Part shown: one piece after another, positions 26,984 through 41,071 of the stretch
Layout: every line of letters starts with the position of its first letter
Numbering within the stretch: position 1 is the first letter of the stretch
Assembly: GCA_964016885.1 (NCBI GenBank)
Contig: OZ024747.1
Coordinates: forward strand, 88,908,001-88,972,000
Length of the DNA stretch: 64,000 nucleotides
Direction: 5' to 3'
Source of the DNA: Eledone cirrhosa
Taxonomy: Eukaryota
Translations under genes and position numbers: made by a program
Notes under the pieces: generated by a model
What the model was told of the DNA's origin: nothing
The model's database searches: none
Seen by the model: the letters and a program-made list of their open reading frames with translations, nothing else

Positions 26984-28556
26984 CTGGAAAGAAAAATAAT
27001 ATTATCTGACAACACTAAAAAAATGAAAATACCAATAATTAGTTTCAAACAAATATTGAATGGCATATTTTTAATGCAGGCTATAGATTTTAATGTAAAT
27101 ATCATCAACACATCCTAACTAAACTGAATATCAACATCATCATCAACATCATTTAACACTTTAATATTTACATTACTCTATATATACTATTGTATTTTTG
27201 TAGGAAAGACTTTATCTTACATAATTATCTCACATAATATTGAATCTATGAGATTTTCATGTTATTTATTTTGAGAACAATACCTTAATGTCAGTATGAG
27301 TCGCCAGTTACGGCCAGTTTGAACAGAAATAGGTGAGAGAATTCTGGCCGGATACGGCCGGTTTAAATGCTAAAGAGTTAACATCCATTTTCCCTGCTAG
27401 CAAGAGTTGAATGGATTGTCCTATACCAAGTCAATACTTAGCTGGAGCCACACATGTCTCAAATGGCTGGGGGCTGCACCCTGCTTACTTATGTTCCAAT
27501 ACACTACAGAGTGTACTAGATGTGTTTTATCATGGCATCAGCACTAGAGAGGTTGTTATGACTTTGACACAAATGAAAAATCCTCTTTATACATTGTTTT
27601 GGCAAATTTTCTACAGCTGGAAGCCATTTCCAACACCATTCACTTTATACAGTGTACTAGGTGTATTTTATCATGGCACCAGCACTAGGGAAGTTGCTGG
27701 TCATTGACTGGGGTTCCGTGAAAAAAGGTAGAAGAGTATATTTATATTACGACCATATAACAGTATTAGACTTTGGGGTTCCCCCAAAAGTTTCTGAACC
27801 AAAAAGGGTTCTGTGTTTGAAAAAATTTAGGAAACCCTGCTCTAGCCTATAGAGGTGGGGGTGATGACTTGTCCCAAAGAAGCCATTTGAAAAAAATATT
27901 GAAATACTTCAACCAGTGGCCAAACTAGTGCATTTGGCAACAGACCCAGTTTTTATTGCCCAACGAGCTGAAAATTGCAAACAGTTGAAGTACTGGCTGA
28001 TTTTCAATAGGTTGGTTATTGAACTTATAATGGTAGAGACTTCTGGGTTCTTGGTCCCCAAACCACCTCCTTACTCATTATTCATTATTATCAGGAAGGA
28101 GTTGGCCACCTACAGGAGTGAACCAAAGGCCAGATAGCACGATGATCTGACCTAATACCTTGGCCTCACATGGCCAGAGATAGGAAGCGGTAGAGGTCAA
28201 CCAGGGAGGGGTTCCTCCAACAGGAGTAAAAAGGCCTTGGGTTTTGGAATTATCTCGATGGTATTTGTAACATAACATATAAAATTATATTGAAAGATGT
28301 TAATTTAAGCAGAACCCTTTAAAAGGAGTTGTCTTCTCTCATAGAACTAGAGGCAATTTTGAGTGGTTTGGTATAAGGTTAAAATGATATACAAAATAGC
28401 CTTTTAAAACATATATGCATAAAATTGAGTCACTTGAAAGTAACAGTAATGTAACTCATTTGTTATAAATTTATCATAGATGTGATAAACAATGTGAACA
28501 TGAGAGCAATTGTCAATAAATATAATGTACTGCATGAAGAGATTCCAATGACCTAC

Positions 28557-28628
28557 CTTGACCATCATCAAAATGAGTCCGAGGCCAATATTCCAATAGA
28601 GCTTGCAATAGAATTACACCAATATTTA
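28557..28628 (-). CDS. WDR48: WDR48 exon
   Basis: LNIGVILLQALLEYWPRTHFDDGQ. Confidence 0.95.
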
Positions 28629-31427
28629 CTGAAGAAGAAATAAAAACAACCTTAATAATGACAGCTACAATCACCAGTCATTTCTGGAAGTACATGATTC
28701 AAACAACTAGATAGCCTTTCCTGGATTAAGGATTTAAAAGTTAGAATGGAACAAATACATGTATATGGAGCTGTGATAAATAAATAAAGGAAACATTTAG
28801 TAAGAGAATGGCTATATATATATATAATTATCATCATCATTTAACATCTGCTTTCCCTGTTATATATATATATAGGGGGGAAAAAAAGAGATTTAATAAA
28901 ACGTTTTTCTTACATGAAAAAATAACAAACAAATATACAATAATAATAAAATAAAAAGCAATAAAATAAACAATCAAATGAAATGTTCCAAACAATCTTA
29001 ATTAAGACACTTGATATCTTAATTAAAAGGGACTGAGGGGGGTGAGGTATAAATTTTACGAAATTACAGATAAAATAATTGTAATCATTCTTTTTAAAAG
29101 AAAATACCCTCAATTTCAAATTCCCTGCAGAAGAATATTTGATCCGATATTCAAAAGAAATGAAGTGATTTTCTCTGACTTTTGTTGAGCCAATGTATGT
29201 CAGATTAACAAACAACTATTTGTAAGGAAACTAATAGGATTTTTTTCTATAACTCAACACAGACACACACAAATTTTCCTACAAACCAACATCAACATAG
29301 ACTTTTTATAAGATAAACATCCAGTCCACACTGTAAAGTTGTTGTGTCACAAAAAAAGCACCCAGCACACACTACAGATGTGGTTGGCATGAGGAAGGGC
29401 ATCCAGCCATAGAAATCTAGTCAAAGTCTTATATGAGCAAGATATGGTCACCTGACCCAACTTGCCTCTAATGGGACAACCAGCCTAACCCATGCTAGCA
29501 TGGAAAATGAACGTTAAATGATGATGATGATGATGATGATGATAACATCAGAGCCATAGGAAACTTGTGAAATATGTCAGTAAAAATCTGTTAAAAAAAT
29601 TTCACAAAATCGAACTTTGTTGAACACTTTCTAGTAGTTTGTACAAAACAATAACATTATGTCAATGATTTAATTATCATATCATTAATATTGAATATCT
29701 GCAATATTTAAATCTAATGATGCTAAACTGCCCCTGGTTCTATAATACAAAGCTAAAATCAGAAAAAAAACATTGTATTAATTTATACTTTTGTACAGCA
29801 AATATGTGATCAGGTAAAACACCAATTTAATCAAAACTAGTTCATAACTCAATTTTCTTATAATATCACAAATCCATTTGTGATATTATAAGAAATAATG
29901 ATCAAGTAATAATAATGATCAAGTAAAACACTAATTTAGTCAAAGCTAGTTAATAACTCAATACTCGATATTTACTATTATATTTTTGTGGTAAAGGCTT
30001 TACTTCACATAATTATCTCACATAATATTGAATCTATGAGATTTTGATAGTATTCATTTTGAGAACAATACCTTACATCAGTATGAGTGGCTAGCTACAG
30101 CCAGTGTGAACAGAAAGAGGTGAGAGAATTCTGGCTGGATACAGCTGGTTTAAATGCTAAAGGGTTAAATGATACTGATGAAGATTTCTGTGCTGATTTA
30201 AGGGACACAGCAAGTGTCAACTCAGAAGACAGACGTGCTGTGTTAAAATGTTATATGAGATAAAGCTTTTACCGTGAAAATACAATAGTAAATATAGAGT
30301 AATGTAAATGCTAAAGAGTTAATATCTGTTTTCCTTGCTAGCAAGAGTTGGACAAGTCATGACAGACCAAGTCAATTCTTAACTGGAGTTACTGACCTCT
30401 CAGATGGGCCTGGGGCTTACATCTTGCTTACATATGTTCCCCACACTCTATAGAATGTACTAGGTACATTCAATCATGGTGCTGCACTAGGGAGGTTGTT
30501 TTGTCTTTAATACAACTGAAGAATTTTCTTGACCCCTTTTTGGGGCAAGGTTTCAACAGCTGGATGCCCTTCCTATCACCAACCAGTTTACAGTGTGTAC
30601 TAGGTGTATTTTTCATCACACCAGCACTAAATAAATGAATAAAACATTAAATGTAATAAATATCAATATAGTCTGGCACTACATCACAACTATAAAATAA
30701 ACAATTTATGTAAGTGTATGCAGCATACCTGGAATTTTTTAATTTTTTTTTATCACTTTGTCATGAGGGAGAGAGGAACATATCTGCAAACCAGAACCCC
30801 ATCTCAAATACTTTCAACATAGTGGACTCTGCTAAAGGTACTCACCAGCCAGGTGGTGGTGTTAAACTGGCCAACAAATTAAGCATACAATCCAATCATG
30901 GTAGGATTTGAAATCAGAAAACACAGAGCTAGACCATATACCACAAGTCATCCCAGCTGATGCTCTAATCACCTGATGCTCTAACGCACCATCTTAGACA
31001 GGTAGACAAGTACTACTTTATTTATTGATTCTGGAAAAATGAAAGGCCAAGTTGGCCTCAGAACAGAATGGGCCAGAATATATATTACAAGTATTTTAGC
31101 CGACACTCAAACCCTATTACCAGTTTGCTGTCTAAATAGTGTTCCAAACCTAATGTTATATAGCAACTGCAATACAATCATCATATAACATAATAAACAA
31201 TGATAATATTGATATTACTGTGAAGCTGTAAATGATATCACATTAACTAAAACACTATCAACTGATAATGTAGACAAAAATTAACTGTAAACAATCATGA
31301 CCTGACATCCAAAATATATTTGATTATATCATTTGGTATTTTAATAACTGATTCAGCAATAGTTTGTAGAAGGTAACTTTGGTTATGATACTGTCACTCC
31401 AATTTCAATCCAGTGTAATGTATAATT

Positions 31428-31646
31428 GAAGGTGCATGGCTTAGTAGTTAGAGAGATTGATTCACAATTGGGAGGTTGTGAGTTCAATTCTCGGACCAGG
31501 TAATGTGTTGTGTCCTTGAACAAGACGATTTATTTCATGTTGCTCCTTCTGCCAGGAGTTGCGACCAGTAGATAGTATCAGCAATGGAAAGACCAATGGA
31601 AACATTGTTTCCTTGGTCCAATCTGACGAGGTCTGGGATCTTGTCA
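31428..31646 (+). mobile_element. tRNA-derived SINE (related copy on - strand at ~63365-63597)
   Basis: TGGCTTAGTAGTTAGA A-box and GAGTTCAATTCTC B-box; body shared with 63365-63597. Confidence 0.8.
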
Positions 31647-31899
31647 AAGTGATTTTAATAACTGATTCACAATAGTTTGAAGAAGGTAACTTTGGTTATT
31701 ATATTGTCACTTCATTTTCAATCTAGTGTAATGTACAAAAGAGGGTTTTAGAATATGTAATCAAGAATGATGGTGATGGCTGATCCTTTTGATACCAACC
31801 CACCCTAAACCACCTCTGGGTTCTATGAAACAAAAGAATCCATTTCAAATTAAAATCAAGAAATACAAATAAGTAAGTGTTGATGTTCTCTCTCTATCA

Positions 31900-32125
31900 C
31901 CAGCAGACAGAATACAGAAGGCATTTACCCGGGGGATGGTGAGGGAGACGTGTTGGAAGAGCCGTTCCAGCTCGCCAACTCTGTACCTATGGTGGTGAGT
32001 AGGGAGGTGGTCCTAGGGCCAAGGACAACAGAAGTCTCTACTGTTACAGGCTTGACCACAAACCTGTCAGAGAGCAACCGATTTTTGGGGAGTATACTCT
32101 ACTCAGCCCGAAGCTTGGATTAGTC
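31900..32125 (-). mobile_element. CRE-like non-LTR retrotransposon C-terminal (RLE) fragment
   Basis: Minus-strand translation across a frameshift: LSDRFVVKPVTVETSVVLGPRT...LFQHVSLTIPRVNAFCILSA, resembling the CRE 'P.AVET.G..G...FQR.S..I.RGNA' end. Confidence 0.65.
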
Positions 32126-35100
32126 GCAGAGAATTAAAATCATTTAACATAATTTGACATAAGAAACTTTTATTATTTAAATCATAATACAAATACCATT
32201 TTAATGAAATAATTATTTTAGTGGCAGTATATTTGTTACAATGCAAGGAAACAGTGATAATTACTGAAGATGTCACAGATATGTGTGACGAAAGAACTTT
32301 GAAAAATTATATTTATATTTTTAACTGTTGATCAATCAATAATAAACATTGATTGCCAGCTAAATTATTTATAAAAATATAAAAATATACTGAAGCGAAG
32401 ACCAAACCAAACAGTGAGTGTATTTTATTATGTTTTGGCAATATTAGGACAACATGACCCACCCCTAATAATTTTTTAGTAAATCCTTCCAAATACTTCA
32501 TTAATTAATTCAAATACAGTAAATTTCATTATAACTAAAACAATGAAAGGGTTAAAGATATAATGTGCCAAACATTAACACACTCACACACATACACACA
32601 CACAATGAGAAACAAACAACCTTGCAAAGGAGTATACATGTTTGTGGGCCCAAGTTAATCCAGTGAATAACAGACCAGCTTAGGAATGGTAAATGACATC
32701 TAAAATAAACAAGGCAATATATTTTGGATGAGGAGACATGCAGGAAAGATGGGAGCAAGTCAAATCAAAACAACACAACACAAGCAGCAAATAGAATGTA
32801 TGAGTTATAGAGGGAGGAAAGAAAGAAAGAGAGAAGTTAAAAGAGCTCTGGGAGTTTTAAGCTGGTTTCTAAAGATGATTATTGAACAAATTTTCTGAGA
32901 GCAGAAATAGAAAATATTGGTTTCAATAAAACAAACACTCACATATGCACACACATATACAAACACATGCACACATACATAGACTATTCAATTTTTTTTT
33001 TAATTCTAAAATTTTAAAGCTGGTTTCTAAAGATGATTAATATATAGATTTTCTGAGAATAAAATACTGATTTCACTAAAACACACACACACATATATAC
33101 ACATGTATACACATACACACATGTAAGCACACACATGTATACACACACATATATACACAGTTTAAAATATACTTGATGAAAATATCTTGTGATGCTTTAG
33201 TAGAAAATATTTCAAAATGGGTTTGTTAATTCAAATATTTATACTATCTTTATTAGTAGAGAGATGTGTGTAAAACTTTGTAGCAGATTTCAATTCCTAA
33301 TGTAATGTAGTCACAGAACTGTTTTAGATTTTTCATGAATGAATTGCTAATGTGGTTTTATGTGGTACAGGACATTAAGGGTTAAAACAGTTATCAAAGT
33401 ATCTTCAAAAGAACATTGGTGATATCTGTTTGTGTATAGTAAGAATTTAAAGTAAATATTCTACACATACAGCAATGTACAACAAAGGAGATGTTTAACC
33501 TTTTAACATTTAAACCGGCTGTATCCGGCCAGAATTCTCTCACTTCTTTCTATCGAAACCGGCCATAACTGGCTGCTCATCCAACATTAAGGTATTGTTC
33601 TCAAAATAAATGATATCAAAATCTCATAGATTTGATATTATGTGAGATAAAGCCTTTATCACAAAAATACAATAGTAAATGTAGAGTAATGTAAATGCTA
33701 AAGAGTTAAGAGCTTAGGTTACACTAGCCTTACTTAAGGTTGAATCTCAAAGGAAGTTTCTTGGGTATTTTAATGTTAGGAACTCCAGTGATGAGGTGGG
33801 ATCTGAACTCAGAATGCACAGAGCCAGAACAGATAACATAAGGTCTCCCATAAGGTCAGCCCATTTATCACCCTGGACTGCTATTTTATTTAGCAGCCAT
33901 GAAAGGCTGAGTATTGACCTAGGTGAGATCCTAATTCAGGTTATTGAGAGCTGGAACAAATATTGCAAGCCAAACAACTCTGCCAATTTAATGACTTCAG
34001 GAGGTTGAGAGCAGGAATAAATATGGCAAGCTATACAACTCTGCCAATGTAATGCCTAAGTTAACAATTGGGAAGCATCCAACTTAAGAAATAAAACAAA
34101 ACAAAAACCATCTTGAACAGAAGTAGAAGAAAAAAATATCACACATCATCTCATAATGTCACTGTTGTATCAAGAAATCTTTCTATGCCAGTTGATAAAT
34201 ATTTAAACAAAATCAACTTTTTCTTATTTCTAAGGTAAAAAAAAAAAATTTGTTTAATACCAGACAAGTTCTGATTAAGCAAACTTATGATCAACCCTTT
34301 TGATTCCAAACCACCAGCAATTGTTGTCCCTGATTCTATGATAGAAAGCTTTTTATATAAGTGTTTATATTTATCTAAATATCTTCCATTATAATTTTAT
34401 ATAATTCTATGTAAGAACCTTTGTTATGTTCCAAATACCATCTCAATAATGAGAAAGTTAGTTATTTTACTAAATCACACCAAATTCTTGATAATTTTCC
34501 ATCTAACCCATGCAAGTGTGGAAAATGGATGATGATGATGATGATGATACTAGTATCTTACTCAAATAAGAATATTTAACTAACACTATCTTTAAATATT
34601 TAATTTGTAGAAACACACATAAGATTAATAAAAATGTAAATTCCACCGATTTCTTTTAATTACAGAGTGCAGAAACCCATTGAGCTTGAAATTTTCTCGT
34701 CATATCTTAACCAAATTTGATCTTTCAACTTATAACACTTGTCTATAAATATATATATATAATAAAGATGCCTATACTCTAGCGATGTATTGAGTACTTT
34801 TTTTAACTTTGGTTACCCCTTGACACAACTCAAGAATCTACATATTATTACGAATACTGCAAAGCCTTTTTATCCGATGTTTTAAAGACTCTGCCAATTC
34901 GCAGCCTCACTAAAGGGTTAAATATCTACAAATAACAACATAGCTACTGACCAGTAAAAAATATGTGTTCAAGCCTTGTTAGTTTCCCCACTAACATTTG
35001 TATTTAAATATTTAAACAGATGCAATGCAGCTGACTGCTAAATATGATGTATCTTCTGACTCAATGAACATTAATCTACTACATAATATTACCCAACTGA

Positions 35101-36779
35101 AAACCTCAGTTATAACAGTTAAATAGATAAAGTTGACAGTGTTGAGAATGGTTCGTTAACCAACCATCTAAACCAGAACAGAATAATAAACAAAAACACA
35201 TTCCTATTACACCATGTGATCCCTCAATCCTTTAGCATTTAAACCGACTATATCCGACCAGATTTCTCTCACCCCTTTCTGTTCAAACCAGTCATAATGT
35301 ATTGTCCTCAAAATAAATATCTAAATCTCATAGATTCGATATAATGTGTGATAATTATGTGAGGTAAAGCCTTTACTGTGAAAATACAATAGTAAATATA
35401 GAGTAATGTAAATGTTAAAGGGTTAATCAGAGTCAAAAATAAAAAAAATAAATCACTACTTTCACGGGTAAAAAAAATGTCATCATAAGAAGAAAATAAG
35501 GATCTCTTGCTCTGATTCCATTTCCCTTCTTTTGACAAAAGGAGTTTTCTGCTGAAATATTACAGTCTAATCAAATCCCCAAGGTAACATTCAAACAACA
35601 TTATCATTATTTTTAATATCTAAGGTCCTACTTGCATTAATGCAGCCCACTAAAACACTGTTTTCTACATTTTCCATAATGTTTCAAGCAAACTACAACA
35701 CTAATCTTTGATCTATTTATACAAAAACTATAAGTAACATTTTGTTGTAAACAATGACAGCACATTTTACTGAATTGAACTGAAATGAGTAGCAAAGGGA
35801 ATACAATGAAGCTAAAAAAGGTGATGCAATGGGGAGAAAAAAGCAGACCAAATTAGATATCTGAACATATGCAGGGAAAAAGAATAAGGGCGAGTAGGAT
35901 ATGTGAACATATGAAGGGAAAAGGAGTAGGGAAAACTGGATATCTGAATATAAGCAAGGAAAAAAGAAAAGGTAATGGGAACTGAGAAAAAAAAAGAATC
36001 GGTTACAATCAGTTTAACTGAAAGAGAGATGAACATATTCCAATTCTAATCTCCATTCTGTTTGATGAATAAATCGCTCCTTGAGTCATCGAGATGATTG
36101 TAACCAATTAAGGCTTCAAGCAGATCATTTGCTAAACACGTTACAAATAATATATGTAGAACTGAAACTTCAATCTCTCTTAAAAAATACCCTGCATATT
36201 ACACCAATAACAAACAAATTTTGGTGTCAATCTACACTATTAACACTGAATATATAATTTATGTAAAAGCATAGAGTGCTTAAACAGGTCCCACTTATAG
36301 TAATTAGTATTAGGATGGTGAATTAGCAGAGTTGTAAGAACGTCAGATAGAATACTTTGCAGTATTCCTTTCAGTTCTCTGCTGTCAAATCCTGCCAAGG
36401 TCAACTTTGCCTTTCATCCAGTCAAGGTTGATAAAAAAAAGTACCAGTCAAATACTGGGGTCGATTCTTCTATATCTCTTTCTCATTCTATCTATCCTTC
36501 TCTGGAAGAAATCTGCAGTATTCAGACCTGGAGAGATGGGATCTGCCAGATTTTAGAAAATGGCCTAGAAATTCTGTATGTCAGTACAACACCCCTACGA
36601 CTCCCTCAGGAGTTACGGGACCAGGCATGCACATACATAAATACATACATACATTAAAGCATATGTACTCTACTTGAGAGCAAAATAAAAAAAAAATAAA
36701 CCAGTTCCCTGAGAAGGTTGTAGATGGGGGACTTAAAGCAAAAACATTGACCATAGAGGGTATAAGCCACACCAAATTC

Positions 36780-37770
36780 ATGACATTCCCCCCATGAAGG
36801 ATACCTCCTCACAATCCAGGAACAAGAAACCCCCACCAAGTACCTACAGCACAAAAAACAGAAAATCATCAGCTGATGATAAATGTAGGCCGTGCCAAAT
36901 AAAATCTGAAGCCGTTAGCCACATTGTTGCCAACTGTGAAAGAATATCTTCTCATGAGATGAGCTGTCGTAGCAAGAACAATCTGGAATACATTATAGAA
37001 AATGAAAGAAGAAACAGGGATGAACATATTAAGACTGGTGGCTCAAAGGAATATTGGTGGATCTTAAAAATAAAAACTGCTGCCAAATTAAAATACAACA
37101 GGCCTGATATTGTTGTTTGGGACCATAGATTGAAAACATGCTCTGTTGTAGAAGTCAGCTATCCACTTGGTATCAATGTGGTAAAGACACAAGAGAAAGA
37201 GAATATCGACTATTAATGAGGAGTATGTAGATCCAATAGCAAAAACATATGTTCAGTTTCATACCTATTGGCAGTATCAGTAGAGGGTCAGATGCCATGC
37301 TTTGCAACAGTTGAGGTAAATTTTGCCTTTCATCCTTACGGGGTCGATAAAATAAAGTACCAGTAATACACTGGAATAATTGCTGGCCTTGTGCAAAAAG
37401 TAGAAACAATTATTATTATTATCATTGGAAAGCGGTGGATTGGCAAAATCGGTAGAGTGTCGGACAACATGCTTAGCGGCATAGAGTTACGGCCCTTTAC
37501 ATTCTGAGTTTCATCCTTACGGGGTTGATAAAATAAAGTACCAGTCACGCACTGGGTTCAATTTAAGCGACTTTCCCCTCCCCGACAAAATTGCTGGCCT
37601 TGTGCCTAAATCAGAAACCATTATTATTATTGGAGCTATAGGATATATACCAATCTACCTGGGCCAAGGTATGAATGAATCTGGATTCTTGGAGAAAGAA
37701 CACAGGTCTCTAATTCATAAGACATGATATCTGGAACCTTCACAATTTGTAAAACATTCTTAAGATTCTA
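36780..37770 (+). mobile_element. R4/Dong-like (RLE) non-LTR retrotransposon 3' remnant interrupted by SINEs
   Basis: CRPC...EAVSHIVANC zinc knuckle; NRPDIVVWD...VVEVSYP PD-(D/E)xK motif; resumes as IIGAIG after the SINEs at 37270-37625. Confidence 0.8.
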
Positions 37771-39701
37771 AGGATTGCATGAGGGACAACTGAAATTTTC
37801 TTCTCTGTACAACCTTGCCAATGGTGGAGGTGGCTGGTTGAATATAAACTCAAAATTAAGAAAAAGACACACATAAACACACATCTGAAACTTCAGGTGA
37901 CATAATCAGAAAATTTGAAAGTTTCAAATTGGGCAAAAATTCAATTCATCAGAAAAATGTTAAACCACTATTTACTGTTGTTATCAAAGGCTAACAAACT
38001 TGCTCAACAGGAGATTTCTTTAAAAAAAATCTAAAGGGGATATTCTTATATTCTTTTCTCGGTTTCAATCTCAGGACTATGGCCATGCTGGTGCACTGCC
38101 TCGATACATATACATGAAAGAAACAAAACAATGTTATTATGATCCTGGGAGTTTGCTGTATTAGAAGAGGTATCAAAGATTACTTCATAACAAAAACCAT
38201 TGATGTAATGATGAAGATGATGAACAACACCAACAAAACAATTACTTCATTCAGAATAAAAATGAAATTTCTCCCAATTAAACATTTCAATACAAAGCCA
38301 ACTGCTGCTGGTGGTTCTAAGATACAAAACTTTATTTTATTTTCAAGAGTTTATATTTATCTAAAAACCTTCCATCATAATATTATAAGAATATTTAAGA
38401 TATACTCTGAACACCAGTCAATAATTAGAAAGTTAATTATATAACTAAATCTCTACAAATTCTTGATTATTTTCAAAATCATAGGCAACAACTTTCATTA
38501 GAGATATGATAACGGAAGGTTTCAACTAGAGAGGGCAACTGAATTAGCCCTAAATAAAGGAATATAAGTACAAAAAGGCCGGTTTGTATTAATGATTGAT
38601 GGTATGTGTATGCAACTGGTTATCAAAAGAAGGGAGATAGGTCTAAAGGTCACAATGTACAACAATCAAATGTAAATGATGATATAGTAAATAAGGGGAT
38701 AGAAACCCTGAACAGAATAATGGTTTGTGTCTGATTACATCTACAAATATAGGAAATATAGCACTTGTGGCAGAGAAAAACTATTTGAAATATAAGGACA
38801 AGTGGTAGTGCTAGTGCTGTAAAGTGGCAGCGCTGGTGCCACGATAAAATGTACCCAGCCCACTCTGTAAAGAGATAGTGCTGGTGTTATGATAAAACCA
38901 TCAAGTCAACATAGTAAGGTGATAGTACTGGTGCCATGATAAGAAGCACCCAGTCCACACTGTAAAGTGGTTGCCATTAGGAAGGGCATCTAGCCATAGA
39001 AACTATACCAAAATGGAACATTTAAGCAAGGCAAGGCCATCTTATCTGCGAAATCTCAGAAGTGACAACCCATTTAACCCATGCAAGCATGAACACCAGA
39101 TGTACGATAGTGATAAATATGATAATGATGATGTAATACAGTAATAAAAATTAAAGAAATGAAGGTGAACAGCCTCCAAAAACTATTCCATCAATATATA
39201 CATCTTTCAATTACTTCCCTAGGTAATCTTTTGATTTTATGAAGGAGAGAAAGAAAGAAAAGCAGAATGCAAAGAGTAAATGAAAACAGGGGCATTAGAA
39301 CCAATAAAAGTCCTTGCAATAATCTTTAGAATAGACCAGTGTTGGTCCCACATTTTAGATTGAGGTTTTACCATGCATAAAAAAAATCAAATTAAACAAA
39401 AGAAAATAGATTTAGTGGATCAAACAGTAGAAAGCATATTTTGATATTTCCCCTGAAATGTAAAAAAATATCAAAGAGAAAATTGGTGTTTAGTAAAGTT
39501 TTAAGTGACAAATGTCACAGGATATGATGAAGCAGTGAGAAATGAAAGACAAACTGTTTGAATGAAATGGCATTAAAATGATTGGCAGCAAGAAACGAGG
39601 AGGGAAAGATTGGGGAAGGTAAGTTGAAAGACATGGAAGAGCAACAAGATAAGACTCAAGAACACAATCAAAAGGCATCAGAACACATCCAGACAACTCA
39701 C

Positions 39702-39749
39702 GCTTCCGGAATCCTACTAAGGCATCAGTAGAGTCATCTGCTGTCCCAC
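39702..39749 (-). CDS. WDR48: Candidate 48-nt in-frame WDR48 cassette exon
   Basis: TGTTTTCAG acceptor, GTGAGT donor, phase 1-1, stop-free (CGTADDSTDALVGFRK); not needed for the conserved alignment. Confidence 0.55.
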
Positions 39750-40894
39750 CTGAAAACATTTCACAAAGATGGAGGAATGATGGAATTAGATGGCAGTTAT
39801 ATTTAGCATTTGACTTCTTTACTTCTTGTCCTATCTTTTACTGGATTTCAATTCCATTAAATCAAAGAATCAAATATTAAACATACAATTTGATTAAAAT
39901 GCAGGCAGTTTTTATTTGCCTGGTGGCCATGGCAAAAGAGGTCGTGTGGTGGACATGTTTGAAAGGGCTGAAGACGAACACTTACCTCTTCAGCAATGTC
40001 CTGATTAACTTTTTCGAATTTTATTTGAAAAGGAAAATCAGGGTGGAGAGGTGAGTGTTCCCTTCCCAGCAATTTGTTGAAAGATGGGTGGGAAAGGCGA
40101 TCATGGCCCGAGTGAATGGGCCTGCCCTGAGCATGTATTGTAGAAGAAAAACTAGAAGAAGGCGCCTGCCCTAGCAGTCAGGGAGACTGTGGCTTTTTTG
40201 TGGGCTTTCTCTACGAGTGACCCTCGGAAGTTTTCCCCGATTGGGGAATTTTTCCTTGTTTCCTGCCCCTAATGAAATTTTAAAATCTATATCAGTAGAG
40301 CTGACTTTAGGTTCCAATAGTGACTACCAATAGCACTTTGATTAACCTATATTTTTGTCAGACAATATGATTAATTACTTCACATATTAATCAATATATA
40401 TATATATATATATACTCACACACACACATACACATAAATACACATGGTGTATTATTATGGTTGATTCAATATGAAAACTTTTAGTCTTGTTGTGTTTGAT
40501 TAGTCTAGTTCACATATTGTCATAGCCATCATCACCACTTGCAATGATTTAGTAGAAAATATCTAAAAAGAGGTTTGTTAATTAAACATATTTATAGTAT
40601 CTTTACTAATGGACAGACTGTTGTGAAAATTTGCAGTATTAGTGTAAAGACTTCAATTTTTAATGTAATGAAGTCAGAGCTGTTTTCTACATTTCAAGAA
40701 TGACTTGCTAATGCGGTTTTATGAGGTACAGGATATTACAAGTTAAACATCTAACGGAAAAAAATGTGATGCGGTAAGGTGTCGGGATATTGGACCTCAC
40801 AAACAAGATGACACTGATCCAAGATGTGTGCTGATATAGTCCAGAAATAGCTGTCGAAACGGCTTGAGCTCTGCCGTCGGGGTTAAACATTTTC

Positions 40895-40928
<34 letters not shown>

Positions 40929-41006
40929 TATCCGGGAGCTTCCAACAGTAATGGTTGCATTTTTTAAGGGTATGTCAATATTTATTTATAAAACTGATCT
41001 ATATTG

Positions 41007-41071
41007 TATTTTGTCTGATGAAAGCACACCATAATTTAACGTGGTGTCCTTGAAATATGTATAATAAAATA
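41007..41071 (+). ncRNA. Type I hammerhead ribozyme motif
   Basis: Stem I TATTTTGT/ATAAAATA; CTGATGA 41015-41021; stem II AAGCACACCA/TGGTGTCCTT; GAAA 41052-41055; TATGTA then TA. Confidence 0.75.

Noticed and set aside
35460-35552. Possible extra WDR48 exon after a minus-strand ATTTCAG
   Set aside because: No convincing in-phase donor and no similarity to WDR48
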